This document shows positions 1-11,085 of a DNA stretch of 64,000 nt, piece by piece. The position numbers were made by a program, and so were the translations under genes. Origin of the DNA: Macrostomum lignano (Eukaryota). The number at the start of each line of letters is the position of its first letter. The first letter of the stretch is position 1. The notes below the pieces were generated by a model that made no database searches, had not been told where the DNA came from, and was given only the letters and a program-made list of their open reading frames with translations. Location: contig NIVC01002879.1 of assembly GCA_002269645.1 (NCBI GenBank), forward strand, positions 47,386 through 111,385. Direction: 5' to 3'.

Positions 1-672
1 CCCAATGCAAAAGCGGATAAAGCGGTGGTCCGAGAGCGAGTCCTCGTCCCACACTCGCCAGCCCGTAACTGCGGAAAGCAGTCCGGGTGAGGCGATGGTG
101 GTGTCGATGACTTCGGCCCACCGCCCATTATTGAACGTTGGTGCATTGCCCACGTTACAGAAGTTGAGGTTAGTGCTGCTGACATAGGCCAGCAGCTCCT
201 CGCCTCTGCTATTGATGTTCTTGCTGCCCCAATGCAGGTGGTGTGCGTTCACATCCCCTGCAATGAGCAGCTCGAACCGATGGGACGCAGCATAGTCAGT
301 AAGGTTGACTAACGCGTCGCAGACAACTGGGGCATCGCCCGGGAAATAGGCAGAAGCTACCAGCACAGGTTTATTGGGAATGAGGTTATTGATTTGAACA
401 ACACAGATGTCCCCAGTCGAGAGATCAGGTCTCATCCATGCCTCAAAAGCTTTTGCAGCAAAGACCAGAGATCTTGGGCGAGGCTGAGAGCCCGCCATGC
501 AAAAACAGTGGTAGCCAGATGGCACATTATTTGGCTTACCTTTAGTCATCCAGGGCTCCTGTACGAAGACCAGGCCCGGAAGCTGTTGCTCTGCCGTGCG
601 CATCAGGTTGACCGACGCCGCCACGCAGTGCTGGGTGTTGATCTGCAGACACCAGGTAGTCGTTGGCATCAT
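1..672 (-). CDS. LINE ORF2, N-terminal APE endonuclease domain (partial, 224 codons, open to the window edge)
   Basis: Manual translation from ATG at 672: MMPTTTWCLQINTQH..VFVQEPW..SAYFPG..AGDVNAHHLHWGS..NSRGEEL..NAPTF..VIDTT..DSLSDHRFIRF. These are canonical EEP/APE motifs. Not in the ORF track because no stop falls inside the window. Confidence 0.93.
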   Translation of the reverse strand, partial: MMPTTTWCLQINTQHCVAASVNLMRTAEQQLPGLVFVQEPWMTKGKPNNVPSGYHCFCMAGSQPRPRSLVFAAKAFEAWMRPDLSTGDICVVQINNLIPNKPVLVASAYFPGDAPVVCDALVNLTDYAASHRFELLIAGDVNAHHLHWGSKNINSRGEELLAYVSSTNLNFCNVGNAPTFNNGRWAEVIDTTIASPGLLSAVTGWRVWDEDSLSDHRFIRFCIG

Positions 673-2384
673 TGCAGATCGGATGTTGCAGCCGCCAGGA
701 GTTCCTCCTCCTCCTCGGCGCTCACCGGCTTCGGGTCGGGGTCGCCGGTGTCCATGGGCTCTTCTTCAGCAAAAGGCCCCCGATTGGCCGGAAGGCAGTA
801 GGCAGCGTTCGCCGCCCTTTGCCCACCATCCATGGGGTCCTCCGCCTCAGATTGGCCCAATGCCCTGGAGCAGCCAGCCGCCTGGGCAGGCGGGTCCGTC
901 TCCAGTCGGCCCTGCCCCGAGGGGTTGGGCCCAGCTGGGACGTCCCCACCCTCCCTGGACGAACTGGTGCGCCTAGGCGTCCCGGCGACCTCTCGCCTCA
1001 GCTGGGAGATTTTGGCGGTACGGACTGCCTCAGCTGCACGCTGGTACAGGCCGCGCCGCTTGGTGCTACGCGCCGGGCGTCGGTCGCCTCCGCCCTCAGC
1101 AGCGCGCTCAGCTTTGCCCGCGCGGCCGTGCTGCCGGGCAGGGCGGTTTGCTTTGGCAGTCTGAGCAGAGGCTTGCGCCTCGGCCCCGGCCGCCTCCGCA
1201 TCCCGCCCGCCCTGCTCACTGCCACGGGGAGGGTCGGCCTCGTAGGAGCGGATGCGCAGCTTCCAAAGGCCGACGTTGATGAAGCTGCCGTGTGGATAAC
1301 GCCTCATCCAGGCGTCCGACAGCCCCAGGATGGCTGTGAAGCCAGTGCCGTCGGTGCGCTTAAGGGTGTCATGCACCACTAGGCCCGCGGCGGGAAGCTC
1401 CCGGTTGACTGCTAGCAGTCCTTTCCGGAGCTCGTCAGCAGAGGTAACAACGCTCCTGGCCGGGACCCAGATTCGATGCCTCTTGGTCCGGGGGCGCTCG
1501 TCCTCTCTGCAGAAGGCTAGGTTGAGGTCCCAGCTCTGCTCGGGCAGCAGCTCAAGGAGCCGCCGACCCGAGTCAGCATCACTGGGCCAAATGAGAAGGC
1601 ACGAGTCCCTCGTCGCATTCGAATGAATGTTCAGAGGCGTGCCCTTCAGAGTTTGCTTCCACAGGAGGCCATCAACGGCACTTCTCACCTGCTTCAGCTG
1701 ATCGGGAGACAGGCGCGCGTCCTTTCCCAGGATGACAACCGCCGGTTGCCTCTTTGCCGCATCAGCGTAGGAGGCCCGGGGGTCAGTGGAGCTTTCTTCA
1801 GGTGGGCTGTCCACCCTCCCGGCTGCATCGGCCTCCCTATCCTGGGCAGGGGCTTCCGTGGGCTCGAGGCCCTCTTCCGCCACCGCCCCAGACTGGGAAG
1901 CTTCCGCTGCCGCGGGCCGTTGGCCCCTGGCACCGGTTTGGCTTCCGCCCTCCTTGGCCCGCCTCGCCTTGTTAAGTCGACGGCGGGCAGCTCCAGAGGT
2001 GGTGCTGCGTTTCTTAGCAGCTGGAGTAGCAGGTGTCTTCTCGGAGGCACCGCTCAGAGTTGGCTCCACGGGTCTCGCCGAGGCGTCCCCGATGGTAGCA
2101 GGTGGTATGGCCGAGGAGTCCACGGCCCCAGCCGAGGCCGGAGGCACTGTGTCATCCACAGCCGGTTTGTTACTTCGGTTAGAAGCCATTGGCTGGAAGT
2201 AAAAAGGTGGGACTTCCTGCAGAACACAGGCAAAGAGCCGCAAGGCCGCAACCCCAAACCAAGCGGCAGGCCCCCAAAAAGCAAAATACCACCCTGCGGG
2301 GGACCCAAAAGCGCAAGGGGAACCGTTAGCGACCAGACTACTCCCTGGCCAAGCGTCCATCAGCACGGAGTTACACTGGGACAT
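669..2384 (-). CDS. LINE ORF1 protein (571 aa), no CCHC knuckle seen
   Basis: Long uninterrupted ORF directly upstream of the APE ORF, with low-complexity ends and a globular core (RHRIWVPARS..GLLAVNREL..). The true start may be a downstream Met. Confidence 0.8.
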   Translation of the reverse strand: MSQCNSVLMDAWPGSSLVANGSPCAFGSPAGWYFAFWGPAAWFGVAALRLFACVLQEVPPFYFQPMASNRSNKPAVDDTVPPASAGAVDSSAIPPATIGDASARPVEPTLSGASEKTPATPAAKKRSTTSGAARRRLNKARRAKEGGSQTGARGQRPAAAEASQSGAVAEEGLEPTEAPAQDREADAAGRVDSPPEESSTDPRASYADAAKRQPAVVILGKDARLSPDQLKQVRSAVDGLLWKQTLKGTPLNIHSNATRDSCLLIWPSDADSGRRLLELLPEQSWDLNLAFCREDERPRTKRHRIWVPARSVVTSADELRKGLLAVNRELPAAGLVVHDTLKRTDGTGFTAILGLSDAWMRRYPHGSFINVGLWKLRIRSYEADPPRGSEQGGRDAEAAGAEAQASAQTAKANRPARQHGRAGKAERAAEGGGDRRPARSTKRRGLYQRAAEAVRTAKISQLRREVAGTPRRTSSSREGGDVPAGPNPSGQGRLETDPPAQAAGCSRALGQSEAEDPMDGGQRAANAAYCLPANRGPFAEEEPMDTGDPDPKPVSAEEEEELLAAATSDLQ

Positions 2385-3631
2385 TAGAGGGTGCGTTTAT
2401 GGTCACACCAGGACCCGGCGCCAACGAATCAGCTCGGCAGGGCCCAAGGGGGCCTGCCTTAACACCCACGGGACGAGTACCCTTCGAAGTGCGCCTTGCA
2501 AGGTGAAAATCAGGAGACAGAGTCTCTTGAGCTATCAGCCCGCCAGGGGAGGCAGGTGTGAGCATCGCTGGCTGGGATAAATGCCATACCAGTCTCATAC
2601 TGCACAGATAGTTCACCACGCCATTACGTGCAGGACCCGGGGTCCTGGGGGCAACAGCCCCGGCAATCCTAGCACTTCTTAGCACTAAGATACTAAAAGT
2701 TGTTATAGGGCTATCTTCAATCCTATAGCTGACACCAAAAGTTATAACAAAGCTGACCTTATTTTGGATACTAATGTCATCAAGTTTTATAATGTTTTTC
2801 TGATTATACTATCTTAACAAATAAACAAATGTCAGCAAAAGTTGTGATATAGATGATTACTTAAATCTCAACTGCTGTCACTTAAATTTGTCATAGAAAT
2901 TTACTTTCCTCCACTTATTTTCTTGATAATACATTGATATGCTTTTAATTCTAATAGTATAATATGTAAAATTGGTAGTATATTTATTGGCCTGAGTAGT
3001 CTTAATGGCACTATATGTAGGCCTATCCCATCATTTGATTTGTGTATTAGTGTATGCCAGGTCTAATGCCAGAAAATTGATGAGACCTTGTTTGTATGTT
3101 GGAACTAAAAAAGTGTTTCATAGATACAATGTTTCCTCTGTGTTATGTATGCTAGGATATATGCTGATGTATGCTAAAAGTGGCAACTACCCTTGTTGTA
3201 TGCTGGGAAATCACAATGTACATGTCACCTTCCAAACTATAGTATCTATCCATGTACCCCTTATTTCAATTTATATATTCATTCCAAAGGAGGATCTCTC
3301 TTAGTCTGAGCATTACTAGTATTAGAGGGTCACAGCTTACATTGTGGTAGATATTCTGCATTGAGGCAAGTGGCAAGTTCTTAGATTCTGAATCTAGATA
3401 TTCTCATTCTAAAATAGCTAATACTTCCAAAATATATTGCTTACAATGTCATGGTGTCTATTGTGTAAGTATAGCTTAACTTTAATTTTTTTAATTGATA
3501 ATTAATATTGATATTATAAATTTTCTTCATTGCTTCTTTAAAGTAATATATTAATAAGATATAAGATACACTTTGATTTCTAACTTTACCTATTAAATTT
3601 TATTATTTTAACTTTTTTCTTATCATTTTAG

Positions 3632-6600
3632 ACATAACAAAGCTTACCCAGATCTAAGTACTCCAGTTGGGCTATTGAATTTATCCAGCTTGGTTGAACT
3701 GGAATTAGTCCCAGCATCTGAGGCTCCAACCAAAAAAGCTGTTACTGATGTCAAATCCTCTACTGGGATTGCAAGCAATGATGCAGTGAGCATAGCTCTC
3801 CAATTTGGTGCCCAACGCCATATTGAGACTCTATCCTGTGACACTAGCCTATGGGATATGATTGAATTGTTTTCTACAAAGTATCCAAGGTAAGTTAACA
3901 AGAATTGAGAAAATATAACTAGCAACTGAAAATCATTATTGGGTTGATAGTCACTTGTCACTCCAAGACTCATTGCCAGCGTCATCTTAAAGCCTTGGTA
4001 ACCTTAGCAATATATCTTGCTCCCCTCTTCCATTCAGTCCCTTGGCATTAAAAATCTACTTATGGGTTTTTGGCAGTCTTAGGATTTTGAGCCTTTACCC
4101 CAACCCTTGGCAACTCGAGAAATTCCCTTTACCCCAACCCTTGGCAACTTGAGAAATTCCCTTTACCCCAGCCGTTAGAAACTTGGGAAATTCCCTTTAC
4201 CTCAATCTTTGGCAACTTGAGAAATTCCCTTTACCCCAGCCGTTAGAAACTTGGGAAATTCCCTTTATTCCAATCCTTAGCAACTTGAGAAATTCCCTTT
4301 ACCCCAACCCTTGGCAACTTGAGAAATTCCCTTTACCTCAATCTTTGGCAACTTGAGAAATTCGCTTTACCCCAGCCCTTGTCACAACCTGGCGAATTGC
4401 CTTCGCACCGTCTTTCACAGCTGGATTCCACCGGAGTCGCCAGCCGACCAGCATCCAGTTCTGGTTTACACGCGTCACGAAGTGCCAGGCGCCGTGGCGC
4501 TGCGCCATACCAGCCTGCGTCAGATCGGCCTGGCGCCCGGCGGCGCCCCGGCACTGCTGCGCCTTCTCTACAGGCCTGTGCCGCCCGAGAAACTGGCAGC
4601 CGCTGCTGAGCTGGCCGAATCCAGGAATCGAGCTCGGGTCCAACCGCCAGAAACTGCGACATCTTCGTCCGCTGCTCAAGCGCCGCCGCCACCGCCAAGT
4701 CGTGCACCCACTGAGCCGGTTACTGAGCCTACTGCTACTAGCACCCAGGCTAGCTATCCTACTACTGAAAGTAGCAGTAGTAGCAGAGGCGCAATCGCCG
4801 CAGAATCCAATGCCGTTAATTTGTTTAGTCCTTTTCGCGAGGTTCCTAAGTGGCCTGAAACTGACGAGTCAACGCGGAATAGACGTCCGGCTGCCAATCA
4901 GGCCAGAGAGGTTTGTTAGCTTATCAAATTTATTAAGACTGTTTTTCAGCTTAGCTCACAGAGTGGACACCATTCTAATCTGCAGATAGATCTGTAGCTG
5001 ATCTGCAGATAGATCTGTAGCTGATCTGCAGATAGATCTGTAGCTGATCTGCAGATAGATCTGTAGCTGATCTGCAGATAGATCTGTAGCTGATCTGCAG
5101 ATAGATCTGTAGCTGATCTGCAGATAGATCTGTAGCTGATCTGCAGATAGATCTGTAGCTGATCTGCAGATAGATCTGTAGCTGATCTGCAGATAGATCT
5201 GTAGCTGATCTGCAGATAGATCTGTAGCTGGTCTGCAGATAGATCTGTAGCTGATCTGCAGATAGATCTGTAGCTGATCTGCAGATAGATCTGTAGCTGA
5301 TCTGTAGCTGATCTGCAGATAGATCTGTAGCTGATCTGCAGATAGATCTGTAGCTGATCTACAGATAGATCTATAGCTGATCTGCAGATAGATCAAACTA
5401 TAGCTTATTTAGATAGATAAGAAAATTAGATTTTTTAAAGTAGACAATAGCTGATGCAGATTAACCGGAAGTAGACAATAGCTGATGCAGATTAACCGGA
5501 AGTAGACAATAGCTGGTGCAGATTAACCGGAAGTAGACAATAGCTGGTGCAGATTAACCGGAAGTAGACAATAGCTGGTGCAGATTAACCCGGAAGTAGA
5601 CAATAGCTGGTGCAGATTAACCCGGAAGTAGACAATAGCTGGTGCGTATACACATTCAGCTAAGTTTGTTTCTCAACCCCCCCCCCCAGCCGAGAACCCT
5701 GGCCGAAGCGCTGAACATGCCCGATTTCGAATCTATGGCGGTGCCGCAAGCGGCCGCCGCAGCCGCATACTCGGCGGAGAATGCCGTCATTGTCTATGGA
5801 CCAAACCGACCATTCAAATTTCCCGAAGAAACGGCCGGCCAAGATCTCTATAGGAACGAATTGGCCGAAGTTCGTCCAGCCGAGTTTGTTGCCTGCGATA
5901 GGCGACTGTGCGGCTATGTGGCCGGGGCGCCTGCCAAGGCTGTGGCTGCAGAGTCGGCAGCAGCCAATCAGGCTTCGAGTGGCGGCGAACAAGCGATGGA
6001 ACTCGGTTGGTGTTGCAGATTGCTTTATGCTATAGTATTTTGACTTTCAGAAGTCTTGGGCGCCCCTTGTACATCAATCTTGGCACCGCCTGACACACCG
6101 ATCTGGCAATCTTGGCACCGTCTGACACACTGATCTTGGCACTGTCTGACACACTGATCTTAGCACTGTCTGACACACTGATCTTGACACTGTCTGACAC
6201 ACCGATCTTAGCACCGTCTGACACACCGATCTTAGCACTGTCTGACACACCGATCTTGGCACCGTCTGACACACTTATCTTGGCACTGTCTGACACACTG
6301 ATCTTGGCACTGTCTGACACACTGATCTTGGCACTGTCTGACACACCGATCTTGGCACTGTCTGACACACTGATCTTGGTACCGTCTGACACACCGACTA
6401 AACTAAATACTAGCACTTATCCCTTTGAATATAAATTATACACGTCAATTTCAGAGGAACCAGACGAAAGTTTTTTCAACGTAACAGAATCTGATTTACG
6501 CAAATTGGCTGCCGACTTGAAACGAAAAGTGTAGGTTTGCACTGATATAGTTAAACATTTTTGTGTTTTTAATTTTGTGCTAAATAATTAACTTGAAATA

Positions 6601-8150
6601 AATGAATTTGCAGTGAGGAAGAAACCAACGGTCAGTTGCTCACCAGACAGCAGCGAGAGCGCCAACGAGAGGATCTGTACTCCTGCTATGAGTACACCGT
6701 TATTCGCCTGTTCTTCCCAGATCGGCGAGTTGTTCAAGCCGCATTTCGACCACGAGAGACTGTCTACACTTTGTATAAATTTGTGCGGGAACAGTTGCTA
6801 AGCGACAGTGCTCAGGCTGCTGGGGTGTTCTACCTGTGTGAGTGCGGGGACTGATACTGTAGCTGGGGTTTGGCAACCCTCCCAGATCCTCAGTTGCTGA
6901 ATCAGCCTCCCAGATCCTCAGTTGCTGAATCAGCCTCCCAGATCCTCAGTTGCTGAATCAGCCTCCCAGATCCTCAGTTGCTGAATCAGCCTCCCAGATC
7001 CTCAGTTGCTGAATCAGCCTCCCAGATCCTCAGTTGCTGAATCAGCCTCCCAGATCCTCAGTTGCTGAATCAGCCTCCCAGATCCTCAGTTGCTGAATCA
7101 GCCTCCCAGATCCTCAGTTGCTGAGCCAGCCTCCCAGATCCTCAGTTGCTTGGCCAACCTCCCAGATCCTCAGTTGCTAGGCCAGCCTCCCAGATCCTCA
7201 GTTGCTGAGCCAGCCTCCCAGATCCTCAGTTGCTTGGCCAGCCTCCCAGATCCTCAGTTGCTGAAACAGCCTCCCAGATCCTCAGTTGCTGAATCAGCCT
7301 CCCAGATCCTCAGTTGCTGAAACAGCCTCCCAGATCCTCAGTTGCTGAATCAGCCTCCCAGATCCTCAGTTGCTGAATCAGCCTCCCAGATCCTCAGTTG
7401 CTGAATCAGCCTCCCAGATCCTCAGTTGCTTGGCCTCAGTTGCTGACCTAAGTAAAAAAATTAATTTTCAGATACAACTCCACCAAAGAAGGAAATTACA
7501 GATATGGCTCAATTTCTGATTCATGTAAGAATTATTTCACCTGTAAGCCTGTTCATATTTCGAAAAAATATTTGCATAAGTCTATAAAAATGTTTACAGG
7601 CCGACTTAGTTCCCATGCCAATTGTGCACGTCGGATTTCGTAACTCGCTACCCGAAGGTAAGGACACTAAAGATTTGTATATAAAATTCTCCTCATTAGT
7701 CGCTAACAAAGCATAATTCACGCTGCATGCACTCAATATTTCAGGCGAGTCGTATCTAAAGCCGGATGTTCTACAACTAATTAGCAGTCGTGCTGATTGC
7801 GATAAAGTCGCTCTTGACTGGTAAAAAAATATTTCAGATTTTTTCAACGTGATTTTTTATGCAAACAGTCTGTTTTCTCTACTGACAGTAGAGTAGTGTA
7901 GAAAATAACATGATCTTTTTGTGTCAAGCGGTGTCAAGCGGTGCTATAGTAGTTACAAACACCAGATGGAACTACCTGAATTGCCGTTTTTTATTTTAGC
8001 ATGAAGTCAGCAGTAGAGCCAATCTATGCTAGACAGCAACAACAACAGCAACAGAATCGTACATCAGCTGCTTCATCTGCAACTGCGGGTTCTTCTGGAC
8101 CCAGCGCTCAACGTGCCGCTAATGTTGTGCCAAAATGGTTCAAGAAATAG
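3632..8150 (+). CDS. ASPSCR1: Tether containing UBX domain for GLUT4 (TUG/UBXD9), partial. Exons 3632-3889, 4376-4910, 5690-6005, 6455-6530, 6614-6837, 7472-7524, 7600-7657, 7745-7820, 8000-8150
   Basis: All introns are GT-AG with consistent phases. Recognisable segments: VSIALQ..TSLWDMI; PVLVYTRHEVPGAVALRHTSLRQIGL; EEPDESFFNVTESDLRK; UBX domain VIRLFFPDRRVVQAAFRPRETV..TTPPK..ADLVP; C-terminal VPKWFKK*. The first coding exon was not found in the window. Confidence 0.92.
4093..4379. repeat. 34-bp minisatellite (~8 copies) overlapping an ASPSCR1 splice acceptor
   Basis: Unit TTTACCCCAACCCTTGGCAACTTGAGAAATTCCC. Confidence 0.9.
4978..5396. repeat. 23-bp minisatellite (~18 copies), intronic
   Basis: Unit ATCTGCAGATAGATCTGTAGCTG. 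Confidence 0.95.
5439..5645. repeat. 31-bp minisatellite (~6 copies), intronic
   Basis: Unit AGTAGACAATAGCTGGTGCAGATTAACCGGA. Confidence 0.93.
6076..6397. repeat. 24-bp minisatellite (~13 copies), intronic
   Basis: Unit ATCTTGGCACTGTCTGACACACTG. Confidence 0.95.
6878..7445. repeat. 28-bp minisatellite (~20 copies), intronic; same family as 57288-57730
   Basis: Unit CCTCCCAGATCCTCAGTTGCTGAATCAG. Confidence 0.95.
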
Positions 8151-8459
8151 CGCGACACTCTGCTGTTAATCGCAAAAAAACTTGAATTTGGAGAAAGGAA
8201 TGATTCGAAATAATCAACTTTTTAATGCTAAAACTTACTTTTGTTACTGTTGTCTCGTAAATGCTTTTGATTTTCAACCGTTCGCGTATAATTTTGATGT
8301 ATTTATTTACCCAGTGAACTGCTAAGCTGCGTTTAAAATACGTAAGTTATTAAGCCTAGTAATAATATTTTTATCAGGGAAATTGTTGATAGCTTAGTAC
8401 GTATAATATCTACCACCACCTTAGGGATCAACTATCACACTTTCAGTATCAAGAATCAC

Positions 8460-9345
8460 TCTGAGTATCAACTCTACACCACCTTGAGAGTATCAACTCT
8501 ACACCACCTTGAGAGTATCAACTCTACACTACCCTGAGAGTATCAACTCTACACCACCCTGAGAGTATCAACTCTACACCACCCTGAGAGTATCAACTCT
8601 ACTCCACCCTGAGAGTATCAACTCTACACCACCTTGAGAGTATCAACTCTACTCCACCCTGAGAGTATCAACTCTACACCACCCTCAGAGTATCAAGTGT
8701 ACACCACCCTGAGAGTATCAAGTCTACACCACCCTGAGAGTATCAAGTCTACACCACCCTGAGAGTATCAACTCTACTCCACCCTGAGAGTATCAACTCT
8801 ACTCCACCCTGACAGTATCAAGTCTACACCACCCTGAGAGTATCAAGTCTACACCACCCTGAGAGTATCAAGTGTACACCACCCTGAGAGTATCAAGTCT
8901 ACACCACCCTGAGAGTATCAAGTGTACACCACCCTGAGAGTATCAAGTCTACACCACCCTGAGAGTATCAAGTCTACACCACCCTGAGAGTATCAAGTCT
9001 ACACCACCCTGAGAGTATCAAGTCTACACCACCCTGAGAGTATCAAGTCTACACCACCCTGAGAGTATCAAGTCTACACCACCCTGAGAGTATCAAGTGT
9101 ACACCACCCTGAGAGTATCAAGTCTACACCACCCTGAGAGTATCAAGTGTACACCACCCTGAGAGTATCAAGTCTACACCACCCTGAGAGTATCAAGTCT
9201 ACACCACCCTGAGAGTATCAAGTCTACACCACCCTGAGAGTATCAAGTCTACACCACCCTGAGAGTATCAAGTCTACACCACCCTGAGAGTATCAAGTCT
9301 ACACCACCCTGAGAGTATCAAGTCTACACCACCCTGAACTCTACA
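8460..9345. repeat. 25-bp minisatellite (~35 copies)
   Basis: Unit CTACACCACCCTGAGAGTATCAAGT. Confidence 0.95.
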
Positions 9346-10084
9346 CCACTCCAGAAGCCAACTCCACATGATTCTAAGTTCTGCACTAAACAGATTCTTA
9401 ACTCTATATATGCACTTCCCTATTTAACTCCTTCCTAAAACTTACTTAACTAACTAAATAACCTTCATTCATAGCAGAGACCAAGTTCATGAGCCAATTA
9501 TTTTACTTAGAACGGTTAAATTTTGTTTTAATCAAATCTTTTTTGCTTATAAATAGCTACATTATATCTGGGTTGTCACTTTAGTCAAACAGTTTAAAAA
9601 AAAATACACAGAAAAAGGTTTCATTCATCCCACTTGATAGTAAGGATAAATATTTTGTAGGCTAAATGAATTTTTTGTTGAATAAATATTTTTCTTTTGT
9701 TTGGAGCTGTTACGTACATGTCTGTTAAGACTGACAGTCCTGCACACGATAGAAGTCAGCGCATAAGTAAGTAATTTGAATATACGAACAGTCTATTACG
9801 TTTTGGTAAAGAAACTGACAGTTACAGAAAAGTTTTTATAACACCATAAGACAAGGAGAATGGGTTTGATAAACAAGTTGACAGAAAATAGGAGTATTAT
9901 AACATGGATGTGAATAATAAGCATTATGATAAAGCTAGGGATCTACTACGAGTGAACACATAAGTTTCGTAAATCACGCCTAGTAGAAACAGTTAGACAA
10001 CAAAAAAGGTTGTGATGGACACAGAGCTTTGTAATTCATGTCCTTATAAAGGGTGCTAAAGTGTCTGGTGCTGCTGGCACCCAG

Positions 10085-10920
10085 GGAGATAAGGCCCCTG
10101 GTGCTGAAGCCTCTGCTGCTAAAGCCTTGGTGCTAAAGCCCCTGGTGTTAAAGTCCATGGTGCTAAAGCCCCTGGTGCTAAAGTCTATGATACTAAAGTC
10201 TATGGTGCTAAAGCCCCGATGCTAAAGTCCCTTGTGCTAAAGTCCATGTTGCTGAAGCCCTTGATGCTAAAGCCCCTGGTGTTAAAGTCCATGGTGCTAA
10301 AGCCCCTGGTGCTAAAGTCTATGATACTAAAGTCTATGGTGCTAAAGCCCCGATGCTAAAGTCCCTTGTGCTAAAGTCCATGTTGCTGAAGCCCTTGATG
10401 CTAAAGCCCCTGGTGTTAAAGTCCATGGTGCTAAAGCCCCTGGTGCTAAAGTCTATGATACTAAAGTCTATGGTGCTAAAGCCCCGATGCTAAAGTCCCT
10501 TGTGCTAAAGTCCATGTTGCTGAAGCCCTTGATGCTAAAGCCCCTGGTGTTAAAGTCCATGGTGCTAAAGTCCATGGTGCTGAAGTCCTTGATGCTAAAG
10601 TCCCTTGTGCTAAAGCCCCTGGTGCTAAAGCCCCTGGTGCTAAAGTCCATGGTGCTGAAGTCCTTGATGCTAAAGCCCCTGGTGTTAAAGTCTATGGTGC
10701 TAAAGCCCCGATGCTAAAGTCCCTTGTGCTAAAGCCCCTGGTGCTAAAGCCCCTGGTGCTAAAGTCCATGGTGCTGAAGTCCTTGATGCTAAAGCCCCTG
10801 GTGTTAAAGTCTATGGTGCTAAAGCCCCGATGCTAAAGTCCCTTGTGCTAAAGCCCCTGATGTTAAAACTCTACTCCACCCTGAGAATATCAAGTCTACT
10901 CCACCTGAAGCCCCTGATGC
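10085..10920. repeat. 15-bp minisatellite with 134-bp higher-order period
   Basis: Monomer CCCCTGGTGCTAAAG; the variant CCTGGTGTTAAAG recurs at 10141, 10275, 10409 and 10543. Confidence 0.92.
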
Positions 10921-11085
10921 TAAATCCCGCTACTGGCGCACCTGGCTCTCTAATTGCTGTGCTGAATGGCTACGCCACAGGCATATATGTTCCACATTTA
11001 TTTTGTTCTTCACATCGTATTACGTTGAAATTTTCTGTCTTGAAGGTTAGACAAATGATCAATCACCAGTTTGTCAGTCCCAGTT

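Larger units (their letters stand above)
1..2690 (-). mobile_element. Non-LTR retrotransposon (APE-type LINE, R1/LOA-like), 5' half; continues beyond the window start
   Basis: ORF1 (669-2384) is followed by ORF2 with an APE endonuclease. GC-rich body with a ~300 nt 5' UTR that ends where AT-rich DNA begins (~2690, approximate). Clade assignment is inference from motifs. Confidence 0.9.

Noticed and set aside
2400-2690. HDV-like ribozyme in the LINE 5' UTR
   Set aside because: The candidate GCC-TCCCCT-GGC has a short L3 and no P1.1 GG; a full pseudoknot could not be built by eye (needs a descriptor search)
4956-7320. Repeat-derived ORFs in ASPSCR1 introns
   Set aside because: They coincide with minisatellites inside introns defined by in-phase splice sites
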